Both the position numbers and the translations under genes were made by a program. DNA of 64,000 nt from Deltaproteobacteria bacterium RIFCSPHIGHO2_01_FULL_43_49 (GTDB lineage: Bacteria; UBA10199; SPLOWO2-01-44-7). The notes below the pieces were generated by a model. The model saw only the letters and a list, made by a program, of their open reading frames with translations, did not search any database and was not told the origin of the DNA. The number at the start of each line of letters is the position of its first letter. Positions within the stretch are counted from its first letter, which is position 1. Below are positions 56,604 to 64,000 of the stretch, piece after piece. Location of the stretch: the NCBI GenBank assembly GCA_001798075.1, contig MGRG01000005.1, positions 193,148-257,147 of the forward strand, in the 5' to 3' direction.

Positions 56604-57755
56604 TCACTGTGGAGGTGGTGGGAGATAAAATGTCGCGCCGAATTTTGCAAGACGATGGTGTATTTTCTGCGCCAAGGGAAATGGCTGCGCAATCAACACA
56701 TGGCTATTTTCGGGAAGATCCGATGGTGTGTAAACAGGGCGGTTCATAAAGGTTTTGTTGATGCGGCCGAGATCTTCATCTACAAAAAAATCAACTTTGT
56801 CTTCTAATTCACAAGCGAGCCAGGTGGCAGCAATACCCGTTCCGAATACTCCAAGGGGACCCTTCACTGGAAGTCTTGAAAAATGGTCAAAAGTGGCTTC
56901 AAGCCATTTAATGGCTTGAGTCACTGAGTCTAAGGAGAGAGGTTCCTTTTTGGGGGTGACCGTTTTTTTATGAGCTTTTCTCTTGCATGCGACAACCGAT
57001 ATTTTTTTAGGAATCCAATGGGTTGCTATGGTTATTATCTCATATTGCTCCGGGATGATTTCTTTTATTGTAGAAGGGGTGAAGTGTGTACAATGATCGG
57101 CAACGAGCAGGTCAAATGGGTCTTCCAAATAGTTGGGGAATTCCAGGATTAATAATCCATTGGATTCAAGTTTATCCGAAAGTTTCATCAAAAAATCTTT
57201 GGGATTAGGGATGTGTTCCAACACTTCAATAATCGTAATAAGATCGAATGTGCCCGCAATTTCGAAGGGAGGGCATGTGTGAAACGCCTTAACACCATTG
57301 ATTTTTTCCACATGTGAGCGAGTTATGTCATTCAACTCTGTGCCGGTGAGAGACCATTGGGGGGCAAATTGATTAAATGTATGGAGCCAACTGCCATTTC
57401 CACAACCGATATCAAGTAAGTTCCCCATTTTTGGAAAGTGGAGTTGAGATTCCAGACATTGTAAAAGACGCTTGGAACGGGGTAGCACCATTCCAGAGGC
57501 GCTGTCGAAGACGAGAGGCTCCTTGCCGTTGTTTTGATAATTGATCTGATAGACTTTGTAAATCTCATCGACCTCCTGCTGCCAAATTTCATCAATGATT
57601 TTTTGTACACAATGACATGTTGGGCATATCGCCAATCTCCCACCTTTACGCCAAGGTCTGCAATCTGAGGTGATGCAGTGTCGGGCCTCATAGCCCGCTA
57701 TCGTTGTGAGTCTTTCATGACCACAAAGGTGACAACAAATGCCGTCTTGGTTCAT
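56604..57755 (-). CDS. SAM-dependent methyltransferase with N-terminal zinc-binding domain (NDP-hexose C-methyltransferase-like architecture)
   Basis: N-terminal CCHLCG...CPTCHC zinc-binding domain. LLDIGCGNGSW motif I. A C-terminal extra domain, as in TylC3/EryBIII-type C-methyltransferases. Confidence 0.6.
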   Translation of the reverse strand: MNQDGICCHLCGHERLTTIAGYEARHCITSDCRPWRKGGRLAICPTCHCVQKIIDEIWQQEVDEIYKVYQINYQNNGKEPLVFDSASGMVLPRSKRLLQCLESQLHFPKMGNLLDIGCGNGSWLHTFNQFAPQWSLTGTELNDITRSHVEKINGVKAFHTCPPFEIAGTFDLITIIEVLEHIPNPKDFLMKLSDKLESNGLLILEFPNYLEDPFDLLVADHCTHFTPSTIKEIIPEQYEIITIATHWIPKKISVVACKRKAHKKTVTPKKEPLSLDSVTQAIKWLEATFDHFSRLPVKGPLGVFGTGIAATWLACELEDKVDFFVDEDLGRINKTFMNRPVYTPSDLPENSHVLIAQPFPLAQKIHHRLAKFGATFYLPPPPQ

Positions 57756-57758
57756 TTT

Positions 57759-58859
57759 TTAAATTTTTTCCGATTCCAGGACTGTTTGTATAATAAATTC
57801 GATTTGGCTTTCTGCAAGTTCTGGATACATGGGTAAACTCACTACTTGATTGGCTGCCCTTTCCGTTATCGGCAGTGATCCATAAGGAATTTGCTGATTG
57901 CTGCAAGCAGGCTGTCGATGCAAAGGGATTGGGTAGTGAATTCCCGTAACAATTCCTTGTTCCTTTAATTTCGCTTGTAGAGTTGTTCGATTGGAATGAC
58001 GAATAACAAAAAGATGCCAGACCGATTCTGTTTGAAGGCTGGTTTTAGGAAGAACAATATCGCTTTCCTTTAAAGCCTCCAGATAACAAGAGGCAAGGTG
58101 GCGTCGTTTGGCGTTCCATGAATCGAGATATTTGAGTTTCACACGAAGGATTGATGCTTGCAGTTCATCAAGCCTGCTATTTATGCCAAGAGTTTTGTGA
58201 GTGTATTTTTCTTGCCGACCGTGGTTGGCAAGCATTCTAACCTTTTGGATGAGACTTTCATTTTGGCTTATAACAGCCCCTCCATCACCAAAAGCCCCCA
58301 GATTTTTTCCAGGATAAAAACTGAAACAGGCTGCATCACCAAAACTGCCGACTCTTTTTTGTTTCCAGCGAGCTCCATGGGCCTGTGCAGCATCCTCGAT
58401 AACCTTTAATTGATATTTTTTGGCAATGTTTACGATGGCATCCATGTCACAAGGCTGGCCATACAGATGAACTGGGATAATGGCCCGAGTGGCTTTCGTG
58501 ATGGCTTTTTCAACCAGGGCTGGATTCATCAGCATGGTATCTTCACAAATATCGACAAAAACCGGTTTTGCGCCGACAGAGGCAATAGCCTCAATTGTGG
58601 CAATAAATGTGTTGGCCACGGTGATGACTTCATCGCCGGCTCCAATTCCTAAGGCCCTTAGGGTAAGGTGAAGCGCATCCGTTCCATTACCAACCCCCAC
58701 GCAGGCTTTTATTTCACAGTAGCTGGAAAATTCTTTTTCAAAACAGTCTACTTCTTTGCCTTGGATAAAAGTTCCCCCTTCCAAAACGTTGCGTATGGCG
58801 GCATCTATCTCTCCTTGGATTGTTTTATACTGGGCTTTAAGATCAATGAGTGGAATCAT
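57759..58859 (-). CDS. DegT/DnrJ/EryC1/StrS family PLP-dependent sugar aminotransferase (ArnB/WbpE-like)
   Basis: [11 protein letters not shown] start. [18 protein letters not shown], where the Lys in PGKNLG is the PLP-binding residue. Confidence 0.9.
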   Translation of the reverse strand: MIPLIDLKAQYKTIQGEIDAAIRNVLEGGTFIQGKEVDCFEKEFSSYCEIKACVGVGNGTDALHLTLRALGIGAGDEVITVANTFIATIEAIASVGAKPVFVDICEDTMLMNPALVEKAITKATRAIIPVHLYGQPCDMDAIVNIAKKYQLKVIEDAAQAHGARWKQKRVGSFGDAACFSFYPGKNLGAFGDGGAVISQNESLIQKVRMLANHGRQEKYTHKTLGINSRLDELQASILRVKLKYLDSWNAKRRHLASCYLEALKESDIVLPKTSLQTESVWHLFVIRHSNRTTLQAKLKEQGIVTGIHYPIPLHRQPACSNQQIPYGSLPITERAANQVVSLPMYPELAESQIEFIIQTVLESEKI

Positions 58860-60768
58860 TTCTTTTGTAAAAATCAAAATATGAAAATTGATGATGTAGC
58901 GTGTAATGGGGTTTCAAATTTCGAACCAGTTTTTCCGGTTTTGGGAAGAAGGAGTTTTCCAGACCATAAGGATATAATGATCGATTAATCACAACCCACT
59001 CAATGCGCTTTTCATCGATTTCCTTGGCGAAGGCGTCCAGGTTTTTATCCAGCGGTGCTTCATGAAAGTTGCTTTGCATAGTGGGAAAGGGTTTATCTGC
59101 CAAAAAGAAGGGGAGTGCCAGATCAGGATATCCAGCAATGGTATCTTGTTTTGGCAATTTTTTGAGTTCATTTACTACCTCCACAAAAGGTCTATTCCAT
59201 TCATGAGTGTATCCTCGCCATCTTTCCAAATCCACTTTGATGCTGAATTGGGGATTAATGATCCAACGTTCGTGGATTCCGACGAATGCCACGACAACGA
59301 TGAAGAGACCACCACTGAGAAGCCCAGCAATTTTTTGATGATATGGCCGGGGTTCTTTATCGTTCGTTAACAAAGTGATGAAAGTGGAACCAAAAATTAT
59401 ACAAGATGTAATAAAAATACCAGATGTATAAAGAGTTGAGGGATAAGGGAACATGAGAGCTGAGATGGTCGACGTAAAAATCAATGTTGCTGCCATTGTC
59501 ATCACAGCAGGTTCTTTGGATTTGGTTCTTAGAAAAAACCAAGAGGTCAGGAGTCCTATTGGCAACCAAATAATAGCAAACCATTGCCAATGGTAATTAG
59601 TAGCATCGGAAAACCATAAAAGGTAGTTGGCAACTCTCCATTCCAAAACCGCTTTAGGTCCATACAAAACACACCCTGTTAAAACTATTGATAGAAATAG
59701 TAACAATCCCCAAGTTAAAATGTATAAACCATTTGACCGGTATTGCGCCTTTTTCAAAAAAATACTCACACCGAAAGTGCCAAAAATCCCAAACCATAAA
59801 GTTATATCTTGCAAGGTGATGTCAGGTATCGGCGCTATCCAATGATCTATGGTTTTTGGCATTCGAATAAAAGTTTCGTGAATTATTTGTAAAAGATTAA
59901 CTCCCTTAAACAAGTACCAGAGGCAGAGTGGTGCCAACCCAATGATTATAGAAAACACAAGAATTGCTAAATGACGGACAAAATCACCAACACCCCTCAC
60001 GTTGTTTGATGCGAATCGTTCTTTTCCCGGGAACAATGCAAAGAGCAAAATGAGCATTGTCGATAAAACCCATGGGATGAGAAGCCAATAATTTTGAGTT
60101 GGAAAAGAAAGATGGCTGTTTAGTCTCAGAGGGATAAAGGCAAGAAGGAGGATCAATCCTGGGAGCGTAAAAAATATTCGATGCCATCTCTTTACATTAG
60201 AGAAAACACAAAATTGAAGGGAAATTATTTGGACCAGAGCCACAACAGAAAAAACTCCAGTCTGTTTGAAATTAAAACAAAAACCTGCAAGAAACCCTGC
60301 AAGCATTAAAAATAGCATCTTCCTTGTTTTTATCCATTCAAGCATGCCACCAAGACAACCGATCATTAGAATTTGTGTGACAGTTCCTGGTCCTGAAAAC
60401 CAAAGGACAAGGCCGGACATCCAAAAGGAACTCAGGGCCACTGTAGCAGATAGAAAAGGGTTGACAAAGCGTGAACATATAAAAAACACGACGCAGGCAA
60501 GCAATACAAAAAGAAAAAACGTCAGAGCGTGGTAGATGCTGCCATGGAGTCCAAATAACTTGAAAAGAAAGGCTAGAAAGACAGAATAACCACCCATATA
60601 TCCCAAGTGGTTATCGACGTTAGGAATTTGTCCTAGATAAGTTCTCCAAGCGTCAACAATCATAACTCCATCATTCCAATTGTCGACCAATTTCCCCATT
60701 CTTCCAAAACCAACTAGTCCCACGAGAACAATGAGAACAAAAAAAATAAGAAATTTTTTTAAAGACAT
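58843..60768 (-). CDS. large polytopic membrane protein, GT-C-like glycosyltransferase candidate (ArnT/PMT/GtrC-like)
   Basis: About 12 TM helices. Acidic first extracytoplasmic loop (DNWNDG, VDAW). About 130-aa soluble C-terminal domain. Confidence 0.4.
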   Translation of the reverse strand: MSLKKFLIFFVLIVLVGLVGFGRMGKLVDNWNDGVMIVDAWRTYLGQIPNVDNHLGYMGGYSVFLAFLFKLFGLHGSIYHALTFFLFVLLACVVFFICSRFVNPFLSATVALSSFWMSGLVLWFSGPGTVTQILMIGCLGGMLEWIKTRKMLFLMLAGFLAGFCFNFKQTGVFSVVALVQIISLQFCVFSNVKRWHRIFFTLPGLILLLAFIPLRLNSHLSFPTQNYWLLIPWVLSTMLILLFALFPGKERFASNNVRGVGDFVRHLAILVFSIIIGLAPLCLWYLFKGVNLLQIIHETFIRMPKTIDHWIAPIPDITLQDITLWFGIFGTFGVSIFLKKAQYRSNGLYILTWGLLLFLSIVLTGCVLYGPKAVLEWRVANYLLWFSDATNYHWQWFAIIWLPIGLLTSWFFLRTKSKEPAVMTMAATLIFTSTISALMFPYPSTLYTSGIFITSCIIFGSTFITLLTNDKEPRPYHQKIAGLLSGGLFIVVVAFVGIHERWIINPQFSIKVDLERWRGYTHEWNRPFVEVVNELKKLPKQDTIAGYPDLALPFFLADKPFPTMQSNFHEAPLDKNLDAFAKEIDEKRIEWVVINRSLYPYGLENSFFPKPEKLVRNLKPHYTLHHQFSYFDFYKRNDSTH

Positions 60769-61343
60769 TTGGCAGGATTTCCGGCGACGGTTGTTTTCGG
60801 ATCCACATTTTTTGTAACGACAGCACCAGCACCCACAATTGCAGAAGCTCCAACAATGACACCGGGCAGAATCGTTGCATTGGCTCCAATCACGGCATTT
60901 TTATCAATCACCACGCCCTTGAGATTTTGTTTAGTCATAGGGGTGTTTGGATATTTTGCATTCGTCAAAACAACGTTGGGGCCTATCCAGCATCCATCCT
61001 CCAAAATACAATATTCGGGAATGAAGGCCTGTGTGTGGACCCGAACTCCGTTGCCAATGGTGACATGGTGCTCCACAACCGATAAAGTTCCAATACTTAC
61101 ATTATCACCTATTTGGTTGCCCTCTCGGATATTAGTTTTGTTACCCGTTTTGAAATTTTTTCCAATGATGTTTCCGGCGTAGATGACTGTGTGGGATCGA
61201 ATAACTGCGTTGTCTCCTATTATTGTTTCATAGTTTTTCGGATCTTGACCAACCGGTGGAATGCCAATGATGCAAAAATCCTCAACAATACAGTTTTTAC
61301 CGAGCTTCGTATTCGGATAAATGATGGCGTTGGAACTAATCAT
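60759..61343 (-). CDS. hexapeptide-repeat sugar N-acyltransferase (left-handed beta-helix; WbpD/PglD-like)
   Basis: Consecutive [LIV]-G-x-x-x-x hexads (IGDNAVI, IGKNF, IGDNVSIG, IGNGVRV, IGPNVVL, IGANATI). Confidence 0.8.
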   Translation of the reverse strand: MISSNAIIYPNTKLGKNCIVEDFCIIGIPPVGQDPKNYETIIGDNAVIRSHTVIYAGNIIGKNFKTGNKTNIREGNQIGDNVSIGTLSVVEHHVTIGNGVRVHTQAFIPEYCILEDGCWIGPNVVLTNAKYPNTPMTKQNLKGVVIDKNAVIGANATILPGVIVGASAIVGAGAVVTKNVDPKTTVAGNPAKCL

Positions 61344-61352
61344 CCTCGTCTC

Positions 61353-62198
61353 TTATCTATCCTTGGACAAAGGGACTTGAGCCTTTACTACCATGTAAAA
61401 TCCCAGCCGCCCCTCCAGTTTTTTGTCGATAAGTCTTAGAACAGTTTTAAATCGTGACATCCTTTTCAAACACTCTGGTATTCTTGTAAAGCCAGTTTGG
61501 TAACAATCAATTTCTATATCTTTAAACCTACCGAACATTTTTTTTGCTTCACGTTTAGAAAAACTCTTAAGCACAGGACACTTAAATAACTCGAATAGCG
61601 ATGTCCCATGTTCTGGATTTTCAGCATTTGGATCAATTTTGAGAATCTTATGGGATAAATTCAACAAGGCATCAGCCCCTAGTATTTTTGAAAGCTGTCG
61701 TATTAAAAAAATGACTGTCTGTTGCAGTGCATATTTTCTATAAAGCATCACAATGGCCTTCCCTCCTGGTCTTAAAACTCTATAAATCTCACTGACCGCT
61801 TTCTGGGGATGAGGAGTATGATGTAAAACCCCATACGAATAGGCTATATCAAAAACATTATTCCCAAACGGAAATTTTTCACCATCCCCCTGAATTAATC
61901 TTGCTCTTTCTAAAATACCTGTTTCATCAAGCCCAATTTTTGCTTGCCTCAACGATTCCCCCGATAAATCAATTGCTGTTACTTCTCCACCTTTAATTGC
62001 TATAAGGGTTGTATCCAATCCTGGGCCACAACCTATTTCAACCACCTGTTTATTTTCAAAATCTTCTCCATTTATCAAATCAAAGATATGTGGCTCCCTT
62101 TCATACCTCCATGTCATCTTCAACCTATGGGAAGTCCACCTGCCACCCATTGGATGGGTATCCCAAAATTTTCTTACCTCCGCTTTAATGTTATCCAT
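61353..62198 (-). CDS. class I SAM-dependent methyltransferase
   Basis: VVEIGCGPGLD motif I. AIDLS motif II. Confidence 0.75.
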   Translation of the reverse strand: MDNIKAEVRKFWDTHPMGGRWTSHRLKMTWRYEREPHIFDLINGEDFENKQVVEIGCGPGLDTTLIAIKGGEVTAIDLSGESLRQAKIGLDETGILERARLIQGDGEKFPFGNNVFDIAYSYGVLHHTPHPQKAVSEIYRVLRPGGKAIVMLYRKYALQQTVIFLIRQLSKILGADALLNLSHKILKIDPNAENPEHGTSLFELFKCPVLKSFSKREAKKMFGRFKDIEIDCYQTGFTRIPECLKRMSRFKTVLRLIDKKLEGRLGFYMVVKAQVPLSKDR

Positions 62199-62221
62199 AA
62201 AAGGTCACAGGTAAAGTGCAA

Positions 62222-63259
62222 TCAAATATTTTTGATACATTGTGATTTTAACGCTTTCTGTCCCGCCTCCAAAACAGCCACCACATCTCTTGCGTGTTTT
62301 GGGCCTGTCAGTGGCTCCGAGCCATTTAGGATACAACCTAAAAAATGATCCACTTCAACTTTTAAGGGTTCTTCAGAAGAGATTTTTGGAAACCAAACAT
62401 CGCCTTTGCGTTGTAGAAATTGGAAGTTGGCAAAATTATCATAGTCCATTTGTTCACCAACTCGCGGAATTCGATCAATTCCCTTGTCTAAAATCGTAAT
62501 TTTGTTTTCGCTAATGTCATCATAGATTGCCATTTTCTTCTCACCCACCACCGTCATTTTTCGCACTCTATCCGGATCCAGCCAGCTCACATGAATATTG
62601 GCTATGACTTTGTTTTCCCACACCAGATGGGCAAAGACGACATCTTCAATGCCTCGTTGAATATAATCCATTCCATGAGCCCTTACCTCAGAGGGAAGTT
62701 TTCCATCCATCAAATAAAGCAAGATGCTTACATCGTGGGGAGCAAGATTGAACCAGGCGTTGATATCACTGCGCAGTTGGCCCAAGTTGAGACGCTGGCT
62801 ATAAATATAATAAATATGTCCCAACTCACCTTCAACAATTAATTTTTTCAAGTAGCGCACGGCGGGATGATATAAAAACGTATGTCCCACCATTAAAACG
62901 CGCCCTCTTTTCTGAAAGCTCGTTGATAGCTCCTCTGTTTGTTGCACTGTCATGGCAAGTGGTTTTTCCACCAAAACATGCTTGCCGGCCTCAAGTGCTA
63001 TTTTGGCGAGTTCAAAATGTGTAGCAGCCGGTGTGGCGATCACAATGGCATCAATTTCTTTGTCATCGAGGACCTTTTTAAAATCGGGTGTTGCCTTGCT
63101 TAGAGGGAAGTGCGTTTCTACATAAGCTCTTCTTTCAGCGTTGGTTTCCACAACCCACTTAACATGGCAGTTGGGGTGAGCGGTAAAATTGCGCAGCAAG
63201 TTCGGCCCCCAATAACCGCATCCTATTTGCGCAACGTTAATTTTTTTTTGATTGGTCAT
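62222..63259 (-). CDS. Gfo/Idh/MocA family NAD(P)-dependent oxidoreductase (NDP-sugar dehydrogenase WbpB-like)
   Basis: VAQIGCGYWG Rossmann motif. EKPLA motif. Confidence 0.85.
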   Translation of the reverse strand: MTNQKKINVAQIGCGYWGPNLLRNFTAHPNCHVKWVVETNAERRAYVETHFPLSKATPDFKKVLDDKEIDAIVIATPAATHFELAKIALEAGKHVLVEKPLAMTVQQTEELSTSFQKRGRVLMVGHTFLYHPAVRYLKKLIVEGELGHIYYIYSQRLNLGQLRSDINAWFNLAPHDVSILLYLMDGKLPSEVRAHGMDYIQRGIEDVVFAHLVWENKVIANIHVSWLDPDRVRKMTVVGEKKMAIYDDISENKITILDKGIDRIPRVGEQMDYDNFANFQFLQRKGDVWFPKISSEEPLKVEVDHFLGCILNGSEPLTGPKHARDVVAVLEAGQKALKSQCIKNI

Positions 63260-64000
63260 GCCTTCGAATGGGTTTGAAGTGTCATTGGGCGCTCATGGAT
63301 GTGACCTTTTTCATCGTACTGATGACCGACTGTGTTAAAACGCTCTCCACACATTACAGCGCATCTTTCTAGCTTTCCATGTGCCACCGTTTTCAAACGC
63401 CAAGATTGCTCAATCAAATTAAAAAAAGTCTCTTCGACAATTGTTTTTAACGGACGCTTTTTTGCATTGATGGAGTCCATCCCACCGTTTTTGTCGATCA
63501 TTGCTAATAACTGTTTGGAAGAAGGGGTATCTTCCACTTGAATACCATACAGCCGGTCGTGAAGCCAGCCACAAGGAAATACTAAACCTTCTGCTGAGAC
63601 GTAAAGTTCCGACTTTCGTTTGGCATTACAGGTGATGTGTGTCTGATCCAGATACTTCGAAAAAGACCCGTACTTTTTTACAACATTCTCATATAAGGAT
63701 AGGCTTTGATTCTGATATTGTGGTTGTTCCGGTTTTTCCAAAAAATATTCAATTTCACCATTTTTATTGAGCACGGGTTGCTTGTCCAACATTTTATGGT
63801 TCTTATCAAAAAAACGCCCTGTCCTTTTAGCTGTGAAATTTGAAAACCCCATTTCTTTGGAGAATTGCCTAGCGCTTTCCACTTGGTGTTCGTTGTGCTT
63901 AAAAACAATAAAATCCCAGTTAGCTCGCCCACCCTCTCCAATAAATATTTTGGCGTTCTCAATAATTTTTTTGAAGCTCGTATTTCTTCGATAAATGGCG
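63256..64000 (-). CDS. hypothetical Cys-containing protein, 5' end beyond the window (partial)
   Basis: The reading frame stays open upstream of the ORF-track GTG start (63882) all the way to the window edge (...GEGGRANWDFIVFKHNEHQVESARQF...). The C-terminal region has scattered Cys residues (CNAKRK...FPCGW...CAVMCG). First gene of the minus-strand glycan operon as seen here. Confidence 0.45.
   Translation of the reverse strand, partial: AIYRRNTSFKKIIENAKIFIGEGGRANWDFIVFKHNEHQVESARQFSKEMGFSNFTAKRTGRFFDKNHKMLDKQPVLNKNGEIEYFLEKPEQPQYQNQSLSLYENVVKKYGSFSKYLDQTHITCNAKRKSELYVSAEGLVFPCGWLHDRLYGIQVEDTPSSKQLLAMIDKNGGMDSINAKKRPLKTIVEETFFNLIEQSWRLKTVAHGKLERCAVMCGERFNTVGHQYDEKGHIHERPMTLQTHSKA

Noticed and set aside
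1-64000. CRISPR arrays, tRNA/rRNA genes, IS elements and integrases
   Set aside because: No regularly spaced direct repeats. No tRNA-like T-arm (GTTCGAATCC-like) sequences in intergenic regions. No transposase or integrase-like ORF.

Overview
Gene-dense bacterial chromosomal segment of about 60 CDS on both strands. I recognised no rRNA, tRNA, CRISPR array, IS element or transposase. The left two thirds (1-42 kb) is mostly housekeeping. Identified genes are metE, a Zn-dependent alcohol dehydrogenase family oxidoreductase, ispG, a crotonase, a SAM hydroxide adenosyltransferase (DUF62), yggX, an M42 peptidase, cdd, a DUF1343/NamZ-like protein, ridA, queF, a fused homocysteine S-methyltransferase/MTHFR, an MBL hydrolase, greA, trkH, a copper P-type ATPase, a tandem squalene-synthase-like pair (HpnC/HpnD-like), thiI, class II ribonucleotide reductase NrdJ, thyX, and an LMW-PTP/ArsC-like gene. 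Several lineage-specific hypothetical proteins are interspersed. The right third (42-64 kb) is an accessory glycan locus that looks AT-richer by eye. One half is a Wzc-like BY-kinase, two tandem Wza-like export paralogs with K/E-rich coiled-coil repeats, and an ExeA/PEP-CTERM-type ATPase. The other half is a roughly 14-gene minus-strand operon that combines an Arn-like polyprenyl-phosphate sugar pathway (DegT aminotransferase, Gfo/Idh/MocA dehydrogenase, hexapeptide acyltransferase, GtrB/ArnC-like GT2, large GT-C-like membrane protein) with an unusual load of tailoring enzymes: three radical SAM enzymes (two B12-binding class B), four SAM methyltransferases and an FAD oxidoreductase. Non-coding features are an 85-bp imperfect palindromic repeat family with four copies, a 34-bp perfect inverted repeat pair flanking a 102-bp structured core, putative tandem NrdR boxes upstream of nrdJ, a recurring ACCAGGTACCTGGT palindrome just upstream of three start codons, and a structured 88-nt element near the left edge. 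A family of paralogous hypothetical proteins sharing an N-terminal module (one with an HEXXH motif) is the most likely undescribed protein family here. The last gene runs off the right edge of the window.
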